A stretch of 38,830 nucleotides of DNA from Clostridia bacterium (GCA_024404665.1 JAKSPQ010000002.1:1-38830); one strand, 5' to 3'; shown: positions 1 to 8,599, counted from the first letter of the stretch. Program-made: numbers and translations. The notes: generated by a model from the sequence alone, not told the origin.

Positions 1-7
1 TTGCCAT
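1..7 (-). CDS. Start codon only of a co-directional gene that leaves the window. It may be the partner half-transporter of the adjacent ABC exporter.
   Basis: ATG at 7..5 on the minus strand, with AGGGAGG 10 nt upstream. It starts 17 nt after the TGA at 27..25. Product identity is inferred only from the usual pairing of ABC half-transporters. Confidence 0.25.
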
Positions 8-24
8 TTATAGCGGGCCTCCCT

Positions 25-207
25 TCAGGGCAGTGAACCGGATTTTACCTGCGATGCGTAAATATCGCGGTAGGTTTCCGATTCCCGCATAAGCACGTCA
101 TGCGGTGCGCAGTGTACTATTGTGCCGTCGGATTCGATAACGGCTATTCTGTCCGCGGTCTTTACGGACGCTATTCTCTGAGCGATCATTATGACCGTGG
201 TGTCATC
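25..207 (-). pseudogene. Out-of-frame 3' remainder of the same ABC gene (D-loop and H-loop region).
   Basis: The -1 frame reads DDTTVIMIAQRIASVKTADRIAVIESDGTIVHCAPHDVLMRESETYRDIYASQVKSGSLP up to the TGA at 27..25. This is a typical ABC ATPase C-terminus. This frame is closed immediately upstream by a TAA, so it is not an independent gene. Confidence 0.6.
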
Positions 208-1823
208 AGGGCCTTCTGGAGCTTAGCCTCGGTGGCAAGGTCCAGGGCGGACGTGGAGTCGTCGAGAATAAGGATTTCGGGACGTCTTACAAGCGCTCTC
301 GCAATGGACATGCGCTGCTTCTGTCCACCGGAGAGGGATGCGCCCTTCTCGGCAATGAAGCCGTCGTAGCCCTCGGGAAGACTGTTCACGAATTCGGCAG
401 CCTGTGCAGTGTCCGCTGCTTCCTTAACCTCGGCATCGGATGCGTCGGGCTTGCCCCACTTTATATTGTTGCCGGCAGTATCGGAAAACAGCTCAGTTTT
501 CTGCATGACGTAGCCGATTTTCTTTCTGAGAGAGGAAAGTCTGTAATTTCTGACGTCGGTTCCGTCCACAAGAACGCTGCCCGATGTGCAGTCGTAAAAT
601 CTCGGAATCATCTGTATCAGAGAGGTTTTTCCGGAGCCCGTCTCGCCGATGACGGCAAGCGTTTCTCCGCGTTTCACCGTGAGATTAATATCCTTCAGTA
701 CCTCGCGGCCAACGGTTCCGGGATAGGAGAAGGAGACATTTCTGAATTCAACGACGGTTTCGCTGTCGGGATTGCCTTCCGCGGCTCCGTCTGCGATGAC
801 GGGTACGGATTCCAGAACCTCATTGATTCTCTTTGCGGAGGCTCCCGCTCTGGAAACGGTCTGGAAAATGAAGGTCAGCATCATTACGGAGCTCAGAACC
901 TGTGAAATATACGAGGTTCCCGCCATAATCGCGCCTACGGTCATTCCGCTGTTGCCTATTGCGACCTGTCTTCCTCCGATGAATATGACGGCGGCCGTCG
1001 CAAGGGCCATGATCATCGTGAGAACGGGGCTCGTGAACGCAATGAGAAGGCTTACTCTGAGGGAGGTATCTCTCATCTCCCTGTTGGCCTTGTCAAAGCG
1101 CTCACATTCGTATTCCTCTCTGGAATACGCCTTGACGACTCTTGCTCCGCCTACGTTTTCCTGAACTACGGCGTTTACTCTGTCAAGCTTCTCCTGAACG
1201 ACGGAGAATAGAGGCACGGCCTTGAGAATGATGGCCGTAAGCAGCACGACGAGCACCGGAAGAGCGCAGAGAAGCACGGCTCCGAAGCTCAGGTTGAGCT
1301 CCAGAAGCATGATGGTTCCGCCGATGAAGAATGCGGGGGCGCGGACAAAGTGCCGGATTATGGCCTCCACGAATTCCACGACCATGGATATATCGTTGGT
1401 CATTCTTGTGACGAGGGAGCCGGTGGTGAATTTGTCCGTCTGCTCTATGGAGAGGGACATCACCTTGCCGAAGGCATCGCGCCTGAGATCATTTCCGAAG
1501 CCCTGGGAAGCCGATGCGGCGGTCCAGGCGCACATCGTGCCGAAAAATCCGCCGATAAGCGTGACTAGCAGCATCATAAGACCGAAGCCTATGATTACCT
1601 TCATCTTTTCCGCAGGATCGATTCCGAAGAAATTCAGAAGCGAAAGAGCAATGGCGGAGCCCTTTTCGGGATCGTAGATGTCTTCTCCCATGACACCGTA
1701 GTTCACAAGGAACGACATGAGAAACGGCAGGCAGAGATCGCCGATTACCTCTCCGGCCATTATTATAGGGGAGATGACGGCCAGAAGCCTGTAAGGCTTC
1801 ATATACCTGAATAGTTTTTTCAT
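189..1823 (-). CDS. ABC exporter half-transporter (fused permease and ATPase, type I exporter). Degenerate-site subunit, ended prematurely by a frame break.
   Basis: 544-aa ORF with six predicted N-terminal TM helices. Walker A is GETGSGKTS, the signature is LSGGQKQRMSIARAL and Walker B is ILILDD. It ends at ...LQKALMTPRS* before the H-loop. Confidence 0.9.
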   Translation of the reverse strand: MKKLFRYMKPYRLLAVISPIIMAGEVIGDLCLPFLMSFLVNYGVMGEDIYDPEKGSAIALSLLNFFGIDPAEKMKVIIGFGLMMLLVTLIGGFFGTMCAWTAASASQGFGNDLRRDAFGKVMSLSIEQTDKFTTGSLVTRMTNDISMVVEFVEAIIRHFVRAPAFFIGGTIMLLELNLSFGAVLLCALPVLVVLLTAIILKAVPLFSVVQEKLDRVNAVVQENVGGARVVKAYSREEYECERFDKANREMRDTSLRVSLLIAFTSPVLTMIMALATAAVIFIGGRQVAIGNSGMTVGAIMAGTSYISQVLSSVMMLTFIFQTVSRAGASAKRINEVLESVPVIADGAAEGNPDSETVVEFRNVSFSYPGTVGREVLKDINLTVKRGETLAVIGETGSGKTSLIQMIPRFYDCTSGSVLVDGTDVRNYRLSSLRKKIGYVMQKTELFSDTAGNNIKWGKPDASDAEVKEAADTAQAAEFVNSLPEGYDGFIAEKGASLSGGQKQRMSIARALVRRPEILILDDSTSALDLATEAKLQKALMTPRS

Positions 1824-1868
1824 TTTGGTTACGGGGTATCCTTTCGGTTTTTAACCGGTATCGGCCGG

Positions 1869-3335
1869 TCAGTTGTTTTCAAGATTATCGATTATTATCT
1901 CGCATACGGAGTCAAAGGCCTCCTGTGAAGCCCCGGTGCCTCCGGCGTACTCTATGCGTTCGAACTCGTCCGTGAGAAGCTTCGCGGTTTTTCCGTCAAC
2001 CGCAAGCATCTCTCCGCGGAGCTTTTCGGATATTTCGCGGGGAGTATCGGAATCCTTTACCGTGCGTCCCTTATCCTTAAGGGTCTCAACAAGCTGCGAG
2101 TAAGCAAAACGGTACTTGTCTTCGGCGCGGGTCCTGAGCTTCAGCGCCTCTGTAAAGTCGCGGTAGCTCTTTTTCTTCCTTGCCGGAGCTGCGTGACGGC
2201 CGGATGAGACAACGTCGTCCTGCTTCTTTTCCTCGTCTACATAATAGAGCGAGAATTCGTTTCCCATATCGGGAGAGAAAAAGTCCGCAACGGGACCGAA
2301 AACCGCAGCTATGATAAATAAGATGAGATTTTTAAGCTTTTCGGTCAGAGTCTTCATAAAATTCCTTTTCCTTGTAATTATATAAAAGATAAAAACAAAG
2401 AAGATCGCAAGGAATATTACGAGATAAATCTTTCCGCTGACGTCGCGACGTCCGTTTTTTCTGAAAATATAATCGCCGAGGGCTGAGATTTTGTCGTTGG
2501 CTTCTATTTGGGAGTCGGGATCGTTGATGTCCGCGGAGCCCGAAAGCGCAAGAGCAATAAAGAGTCTTACGATGATAAGAAGTCCCGCAATCATTACATA
2601 GAAAAATGCGGAGGAGAGAAGAAACGCACAGAAAACAAGAAGCGTCAGCGCAAGATTATAGCCCCTCTGCCGGCTGCCTGCCACGGCCCCGATAGCGCCC
2701 TTGTAAAATCTTCCGAGATTTGCCTGGTTCATTGCAAACTGAACCACGGTGGCATATCCTATGAAGCATATGCCTGTCGTAAGCCTCGCCCCCTCCGAAA
2801 ATACCGAGAAAACCACGGCTCCGGACGCGGAAATTATGAGTCCCGCCATGGCTGCCTTGCCGGTGAGCATTCTGTCGTAGGGGAAGAACCATGAGAAAGA
2901 GCCTACAAATACGGAAGCTGCCGCTACGGCGGCAATAAGGAAGGGAATGACGGAGTCCGGATCGTAATAAACTCCGGGGAGAGCGCTTGACTCGATAAGA
3001 AACTTGTCGGCAAGACGCGCGGCGGTAAGAGCCGCAGCGGTCCCGGCTAAGGCAAGAACGGGAAGCGCATGTCCGAAACGGTAATATCTGAATTCGGATT
3101 CATAGGACAAATCTGATTCCGTTCTTTTTACGCCTCTGATGCGGCACCAGAGAGACTGAACGGAATAACCTATCGCAAAGCAGAGCAGCACCGTTGCGAA
3201 AATCGCCGGTACGGGAGCGGATGGCAATACCGAGGACGATATCGGCACCGCAAAGCCGGCCGTAAGAAAATAACCGCCGAAAAACGTCAGCAGTCTGTAA
3301 AATACATCATATCCGGAATGCTTTTCGGGAGTCAT
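1869..3335 (-). CDS. Polytopic membrane protein with a DUF4129-like cytoplasmic C-terminal domain.
   Basis: About 10 hydrophobic segments, followed by a C-terminal ...SDTPREISEKLRGE...FERIEYAGG... block typical of DUF4129. I chose the ATG at 3335 (AAAGGAG 8 nt upstream) over the GTG at 3353, which lies inside that RBS. Confidence 0.6.
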   Translation of the reverse strand: MTPEKHSGYDVFYRLLTFFGGYFLTAGFAVPISSSVLPSAPVPAIFATVLLCFAIGYSVQSLWCRIRGVKRTESDLSYESEFRYYRFGHALPVLALAGTAAALTAARLADKFLIESSALPGVYYDPDSVIPFLIAAVAAASVFVGSFSWFFPYDRMLTGKAAMAGLIISASGAVVFSVFSEGARLTTGICFIGYATVVQFAMNQANLGRFYKGAIGAVAGSRQRGYNLALTLLVFCAFLLSSAFFYVMIAGLLIIVRLFIALALSGSADINDPDSQIEANDKISALGDYIFRKNGRRDVSGKIYLVIFLAIFFVFIFYIITRKRNFMKTLTEKLKNLILFIIAAVFGPVADFFSPDMGNEFSLYYVDEEKKQDDVVSSGRHAAPARKKKSYRDFTEALKLRTRAEDKYRFAYSQLVETLKDKGRTVKDSDTPREISEKLRGEMLAVDGKTAKLLTDEFERIEYAGGTGASQEAFDSVCEIIIDNLENN

Positions 3336-3371
3336 GTTTCTCTCTCCTTTCACTTACGGACAGTCCTTTGG

Positions 3372-3470
3372 CTTTTTCAGAGCCTTATTATGCCGTATTC
3401 TTTTTCAGAGCCTGATTATGTCTTTATGCCGGTTCTGAACATGGTTTTGTCTGTATGCTTTTTCAGAACC
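3372..3470. repeat. Three dispersed copies of the CTTTTTCAGAGCC motif, including a 21-nt direct repeat at 3372-3392 and 3400-3420.
   Basis: ctttttcagagccttattatg (3372-3392) and ctttttcagagcctgattatg (3400-3420) differ at one position. A third copy, ctttttcagaacc, is at 3458-3470. A shortened inverted copy, ggcctgaaaaag, is at 3492-3503. Confidence 0.7.
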
Positions 3471-3543
3471 GAAGAAGTTTACTGTCCTTCGGGCCTGAAA
3501 AAGAATAAAGAGCCGTACCGTGCGACGGAATACGGGTTTCTGT

Positions 3544-3585
3544 ATCGGGGCTGCCCGTAAACCTGAGTTTACGGGCAGTCCCGAT
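3544..3585 (-). terminator. Very strong hairpin immediately 3' of the secreted-protein gene. It is terminator-like but has no U-tract.
   Basis: ATCGGGGCTGCCCGTAAAC-ctga-GTTTACGGGCAGTCCCGAT forms a 19-bp stem (one G-U pair) with a 4-nt loop. It lies 34 nt after the stop codon at 3619. There is no T-run on either side. Confidence 0.5.
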
Positions 3586-3618
3586 AATCAGCATGGGTTA
3601 TTTATCCCCTGAAAACCG

Positions 3619-5046
3619 TCAGTCCTCTCTGCGTCTGATGAAGGCGCAGCCCAGAACGGCGGCGGGAATTACGGACAGAGCGGCAAACGAGCCGCAGCCC
3701 TTCTTTTCCGCGGAAGAGGAAGCGGTGGTTACCTCGGGAGCTGCTGTTCCCGAAGCCGTGCTCTCAGCGGGAGCGGAGGTATCATCGGTTGCCGGGGAGG
3801 TCGTTTCGGTGACGGCAGGGGCGGTTGTCACAGCCTCCGTGGTTGCGGCGGCAGTGGTGACATTATCCTTGAGAGCCTTGGCGACACCCTCCAGGACTGC
3901 AGCGGCGGCTTTTACGGTCGCTTTTCCCTCATCGGTGAGACCGATGGCGAAAATCTGCTCCTGGTCGCTGGTGCCGGAGCCCTGGTCTCCGAGGTACAGG
4001 ACTCCCCCGTGGTATCTCATACCGACGATGGAGTTTATGGGATCTACAAATGCGAGATTGTATTTCTCGTCATAGGGAAGAACGATGTTGTTCTCGGTAA
4101 TGGTCATAGAGGCCTTTTTATCGAGAGTCTGCTTGTCATAAACGACGATTTCGGAGCCTGCCTTCTGGGAAGCGCAGAGAACGTAGTCCTCAACGACGGC
4201 AACGGCATAGCCGGTGGCCTGGGATACTTCTCCGAGAACGGAGTTGCCGTCCTCGCTGAGCTTTAAGAGGCCTGCGCCGTTCTGAGCGGTATAGGCGATG
4301 TAAATCGTACCGTCATCGTCGATGTCAAGATAGTTGCCCTCGGTGACATCGCCGGAGGAGGCGGTGGAAATCTTCTGGAGATCGATGCGTCCGCCGATGC
4401 CGAAGGAGGTGTCGAGAGCCGGGGCCTCGGGAGTGGTTACGTCAAATCTGTAAAGATAGTCCTCGTTGTAGTTGATTACTACATAGCAGTAGTACTTGCC
4501 GCCGATGGCTTTTACGGCTACGCCGTTTACTCCGACCTTGGAGTTGTTTTCATCGACCAGCACGGGTACAACGCTCTCGGTCTTCATGAGGTCGTCCTTG
4601 ATTTCATCTGTCTTTACGACTGCGAGATATGCTCTGACGGCATTGGGGTTATAGGCGAGACCTACGTAGAGATAGCCTCTGTCGTCGCAGTCAAGTCCCT
4701 TGGGGTAGGAACGTGTGCCGACCTTTTCGCCTTCGGTCTGCTCATAATACCAGTATGCGCCGGCATGTCCGGTTTCGGTATCGAATCTGACGACTGCGCC
4801 TGCTCCGTTCGGGTTGAGTATACCGCCGAAGAGGTGCTTGCCGTCGGGGGAAACGGTGAAGCCTCTCATGCAATACTTGCCTTCGAGAAGTATGTCGTCA
4901 TCGGTGTAGTTTACACCGGAGGCGCACTGCATGAGAAGAGTAAACTTGGGATCGCTGAAGTCGGATTCGCTTACGGCTCCGGAGAATACTCCGAAGACCG
5001 AAACGGTAAGAATGACAGCCGCGATGAATGCAATTGCTTTTTTCAT
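3619..5046 (-). CDS. Secreted beta-propeller-like protein with a Thr/Ala/Ser-rich linker and a C-terminal GC-motif membrane anchor.
   Basis: Signal peptide MKKAIAFIAAVILTVSVFGVFSGAV. Repeated strand-rich blocks (YLYVGLAY, GTIYIAY, GGVLYLGD). About 55 aa of T/A/S/P linker. The tail is KKGCGSFAALSVIPAAVLGCAFIRRRED. RBS AAAGGACGG. Confidence 0.7.
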   Translation of the reverse strand: MKKAIAFIAAVILTVSVFGVFSGAVSESDFSDPKFTLLMQCASGVNYTDDDILLEGKYCMRGFTVSPDGKHLFGGILNPNGAGAVVRFDTETGHAGAYWYYEQTEGEKVGTRSYPKGLDCDDRGYLYVGLAYNPNAVRAYLAVVKTDEIKDDLMKTESVVPVLVDENNSKVGVNGVAVKAIGGKYYCYVVINYNEDYLYRFDVTTPEAPALDTSFGIGGRIDLQKISTASSGDVTEGNYLDIDDDGTIYIAYTAQNGAGLLKLSEDGNSVLGEVSQATGYAVAVVEDYVLCASQKAGSEIVVYDKQTLDKKASMTITENNIVLPYDEKYNLAFVDPINSIVGMRYHGGVLYLGDQGSGTSDQEQIFAIGLTDEGKATVKAAAAVLEGVAKALKDNVTTAAATTEAVTTAPAVTETTSPATDDTSAPAESTASGTAAPEVTTASSSAEKKGCGSFAALSVIPAAVLGCAFIRRRED

Positions 5047-5079
5047 GTTTTTCCGTCCTTTGCTGTGTTTTTTTGAATA

Positions 5080-5562
5080 TCAGAGGAAGCTCGCGATAAG
5101 CAGCCAGCTCTTTTTATCGAGTGCTCCGAGGCTCTCGATTTCGTAACGGTTATCGTCGGAATCGCGGATTATGACTCTGTCGGGATCGTAAATCTTCATG
5201 TCGTTATGGCGGTTTCTGACTCTGAAGGACGTATGTCCGTGGTCTGTTTCCGCCGAAATCTTAAGCATTCCGGTTTTGTCGTTGCATTCCGTGATTTTGA
5301 GTATTTTGGGGATGAGGTAGTAATCGTTGAAGCAGGCTTTGACGGCGGCTGCGGACTCCTCGGTAAGGTCGGAATACGACTTTATTACGGCTATTTCCTT
5401 TTCCCCTTTGTCGATAACCGAAATCCAGTGGTCTCTGTCGGAGATGGGGAAGAGTCTGCGGAGCTCGGCGTTTTCCCATACCTCTCCGTTCATTTCGAGT
5501 CTGACCGTGTAAACATCCGTGATCGTGATGACAGCGGATTTATCAAGATAAATTCTCTCCAT
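5080..5562 (-). CDS. DUF1854 family protein (ABC-exporter-associated).
   Basis: RLFPISDRDHWISVID...EIAVI...L...YLIPKI..I...........ETDHG...F.....D..I.....RVIIRDSDDNRYEI..L..LDKKS matches the DUF1854 pattern as I remember it. GGAGG lies 7 nt upstream, and the gene starts 12 nt after the ABC gene stop. Confidence 0.75.
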   Translation of the reverse strand: MERIYLDKSAVITITDVYTVRLEMNGEVWENAELRRLFPISDRDHWISVIDKGEKEIAVIKSYSDLTEESAAAVKACFNDYYLIPKILKITECNDKTGMLKISAETDHGHTSFRVRNRHNDMKIYDPDRVIIRDSDDNRYEIESLGALDKKSWLLIASFL

Positions 5563-5574
5563 GGTTCCGCCTCC

Positions 5575-7857
5575 TCATTCGAAGTGGTGCTCAGCCTTTG
5601 CGGCGTTGAGCTTTTCGGACATAGACTGAATTTCCACGAGCTTGTAGTATTTGCCCTTCATGGCAAGAAGCTCCTCGGGAGTGCCGCACTCAATGATCGA
5701 ACCGTTGTCAACAACGACAATCTTGTTGGCGCGGGAGAGGGTTGACAGTCTGTGAGCTATCATGATGGTTGTTCTTCCGGCTATCAGGCGCTCAATAGCT
5801 TCCTGGATAAGGTGCTCGGTCTCGGAGTCGACGGAAGCCGTGGCTTCATCGAATACAAGCACGGACGGATTGCGGAGAACCGCTCTTGCGATGGAAACTC
5901 TCTGGCGTTCACCGCCGGACAGACCCACGCCTCTTTCACCGAGGACGGCATCGTAGCCGTCGGGCTGGCGAACGATGAAGCTGTGAGCGTTGGCGATATC
6001 GGCGGCCTGAATAACTCTTTCAACGGGGCAGTCGTTGAGACCGTACGCGATGTTGTTGAATATCGTGTCGTGGAACATAAGCGGCTCCTGCTGAACAAAG
6101 CCGATTTGTCCGCGGTAGTATTCCATATCGATGTCGCGTATATTGACACCGTCGACGAGAATTTCGCCGTCGTAGTTGTCGTAATAACGCAGGAAAAGGT
6201 TCACGAGCGTGGATTTTCCGGAGCCCGTGGTACCAACGATGCCGACAACATCGCCGGGTTCTATGGTGAGATTGATATTTTTCAGGGTTTTCTTGGTCCT
6301 GTCGAACGAGAAGCTGACGTTTCTGAACTCAATCTTACCCTTCATTTCGGGAAGGACGTTGCCCTTTCCGAAGTCGTGCTCGGGCTCGGCGTCAAGAATA
6401 TCGAGAATTCTTTCGGCTGAAGCGAGCGCGTGCTGGTAGGAGTCGTTCAGGTTGGCAAAGAAGTTTACGGGCTCGTAGAACATGGAGGCATAGGAGATGA
6501 AGGAGGTAAGCAGACCTGCGGTCATGACCGTGCCGCCGACAGTTGTGGAGCCGCTTATAACCATGTTGCCGCCGAACCACCAGATGACGATGGAGCCGAG
6601 ACCTATGCAGGTTCCGACAACGGCGGGGAAGGCGTGAAGAATGGTAGCGGCGGAGGCATCGGTTTCATACCATGCCTGATTCTTCTTTTTGAAGCGCTCT
6701 GTGGAGTTCTTCTCGTTGGTAAAGGATTTTACTACTCTTATTCCGGGAATCGTGTCCGTGAGGACGGAGGTAACGGCGGTCCATCTTGCCCAGATGCGGA
6801 GATAGAACGGACGGATCTTCTTGGAGAAGATTCTTGCGCCGATGACGACGATCGGAACGGGAATGAGGGAGAAAAGCGTCAGTCTCCAGTCCTTTATGAG
6901 CATGATGGCGATGATGCCCACCATTTTGAAGAACTGAACCACGACCTCCTGAGAAATTCTCAGCATAAAGGCCTGGATGGTGTTGGAGTCTCCGCTGATT
7001 CTGTTGATTACGGCACCCGTGGATGTCTTGTCGTAGAATCGCATGGGGAGGTACTGAGCCTTTTCGTAAACGTCGTTCCTGATTCTGAGAACGACTCTGT
7101 CACCGACTTTTCTGAGCATGATGCCGCGCAGGCAGCCGATAAAGTGGCTTAAGAACTGAATTCCGATAAGGATCAGCGCCACCTCGATCAGTCCGTCTCT
7201 GCGGTTGTTCGGCAGAATGTCATCGATGAGGTTTTTGTTGAGCGTAGGGGGAATAAGAGCAAGAGCTGTGGTTGCCACAGAGAAGATAACGGAAATAATC
7301 AGCACCTTCCATTCGGGAGTGATGTATTTCAGAAGCTTCTGTGCGACCTGTTTTTTGCTTGCGCAGTGGATGCATTCTACTCCGGGAGAAGAGAGGGCGC
7401 GTCCGCATTTCGGACATACGCTCAGCTGCTTTTCGTAAACGGCTTCGACACAGGCAAAGGCCTCGGCGGCATCCTCGCCGTTAATCATGGAGTTGATGTA
7501 GGTTGCGGCGCTCTCGCAGAGAGTGTTGACCGCGAATGTGTAGCGGAAGATGTTTACTATGTCATCGTTCTGAAGGGTAAGTCTGAGTATGGCGTTTCCG
7601 TACATGCGCTTGTTCTGTGCGCTCTTGATATCGGAGAACGATACTCTTTGGCCCTCGTGGCCGGTATCAAACTCGTAGGTCATTATGTCGCAGTCGCTGA
7701 CGAGCAGCGCAGAGCGGCAAAACTCGGACTTGATTGAAATACCGCCGATTACGGCAAAGAGCCAGGGATGTCCGGGAGCTTCAAGGCTGCGAACGGCTTG
7801 GATTTCTGCAGCTGTGAGAGATGTGTTTGTAAGAAGCTCCGTTCTTTTTTCTTCCAT
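5575..7857 (-). CDS. ABC exporter (permease and ATPase) with an extra cytoplasmic N-terminal domain of about 175 aa that ends in a C4 zinc ribbon.
   Basis: Walker A GTTGSGKST, signature LSGGERQRVSIARA, Walker B VLVFDEATASVD and H-loop MIAHRLST are all canonical. The N-terminal region contains CPKCGRALSSPGVECIHC (DNA 7363-7416) ahead of the first TM helix. Confidence 0.9.
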   Translation of the reverse strand: MEEKRTELLTNTSLTAAEIQAVRSLEAPGHPWLFAVIGGISIKSEFCRSALLVSDCDIMTYEFDTGHEGQRVSFSDIKSAQNKRMYGNAILRLTLQNDDIVNIFRYTFAVNTLCESAATYINSMINGEDAAEAFACVEAVYEKQLSVCPKCGRALSSPGVECIHCASKKQVAQKLLKYITPEWKVLIISVIFSVATTALALIPPTLNKNLIDDILPNNRRDGLIEVALILIGIQFLSHFIGCLRGIMLRKVGDRVVLRIRNDVYEKAQYLPMRFYDKTSTGAVINRISGDSNTIQAFMLRISQEVVVQFFKMVGIIAIMLIKDWRLTLFSLIPVPIVVIGARIFSKKIRPFYLRIWARWTAVTSVLTDTIPGIRVVKSFTNEKNSTERFKKKNQAWYETDASAATILHAFPAVVGTCIGLGSIVIWWFGGNMVISGSTTVGGTVMTAGLLTSFISYASMFYEPVNFFANLNDSYQHALASAERILDILDAEPEHDFGKGNVLPEMKGKIEFRNVSFSFDRTKKTLKNINLTIEPGDVVGIVGTTGSGKSTLVNLFLRYYDNYDGEILVDGVNIRDIDMEYYRGQIGFVQQEPLMFHDTIFNNIAYGLNDCPVERVIQAADIANAHSFIVRQPDGYDAVLGERGVGLSGGERQRVSIARAVLRNPSVLVFDEATASVDSETEHLIQEAIERLIAGRTTIMIAHRLSTLSRANKIVVVDNGSIIECGTPEELLAMKGKYYKLVEIQSMSEKLNAAKAEHHFE

Positions 7858-8006
7858 TCTTTTTGTTACGGCAGCCGCAAGACTGAAATCATTGACGGAT
7901 TATCTGCCGGTGGGAGGCCCGAACCGCATGAAGCCGGAAAAGAAAATAAGGCTTCAGAAAAGGGAAGAGCTCGCGCGGAGGGGCAGGTTGGGATAACATG
8001 TTTTGT

Positions 8007-8071
8007 GTTTTTCACGGATATAATACTTTATGTTCAGATGAGCTGTTCATCCGTATATATCCGTGAAAAAC
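8007..8071. repeat. Perfect 16-bp inverted repeat with a 33-nt spacer.
   Basis: GTTTTTCACGGATATA (8007-8022) and TATATCCGTGAAAAAC (8056-8071). The spacer contains a smaller dyad, GATGA...TCATC. Confidence 0.8.
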
Positions 8072-8149
8072 AAAACGCGGACTTTTTCATAGCTTCCGGT
8101 CACATTCCGAAAAAACGGAAGAAGCCGGAATGTCGATGAAAAAGGCTTC

Positions 8150-8599
8150 TCAGATTGAAGCGATTTCGTTGAAGATATCGCCTATTGTGCCGAATTCTCC
8201 GGAAGCGATGAGAGCACCCATGGCGCAGCCGTAGAGGGCGTAGAGGATAGTGGAGATAATGCCGAGAATGAGACCTACCGTGCAGAGAATCTTGGCGACC
8301 TTGAGCTTGCCTGTGAGCGGAACGCCCTGAGCGACAAAGCCCTTTACCTTCTTCTTACCGACAGCGGCGAGAATGATGCCGACAACGGTGCCGAAGACGA
8401 GCGAGAGAATGCCGAGTACGAGCGCGGGAGTGGTGTTTACCTGCGGGGCGGGAGTATAAGCGGGCTGTGCCGCCTGCTGATAAACCGGCTGTTCGGGAGC
8501 GGGCTGTTTGGGCTGAGCCGAAGCCTTGAGATTGGCTCCGCAGTTGGGGCAGAAGGAAAGACCGTCTTCTGCGTGTGAACCGCAATTGGGACAGAACAT
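8150..8599 (-). CDS. Zinc-ribbon membrane protein.
   Basis: N-terminal MFCPNCGSHAEDGLSFCPNCG (double CxxC), a Pro/Gln-rich linker, then 2-3 hydrophobic helices. RBS AAGAGG. Confidence 0.7.
   Translation of the reverse strand: MFCPNCGSHAEDGLSFCPNCGANLKASAQPKQPAPEQPVYQQAAQPAYTPAPQVNTTPALVLGILSLVFGTVVGIILAAVGKKKVKGFVAQGVPLTGKLKVAKILCTVGLILGIISTILYALYGCAMGALIASGEFGTIGDIFNEIASI

Noticed and set aside
3593-4075. A 160-aa Ala/Val/Thr-rich ORF on the plus strand.
   Set aside because: It is the antisense reading of the T/A/S-rich linker and C-terminal anchor of the secreted protein, so it is a low-complexity artefact.
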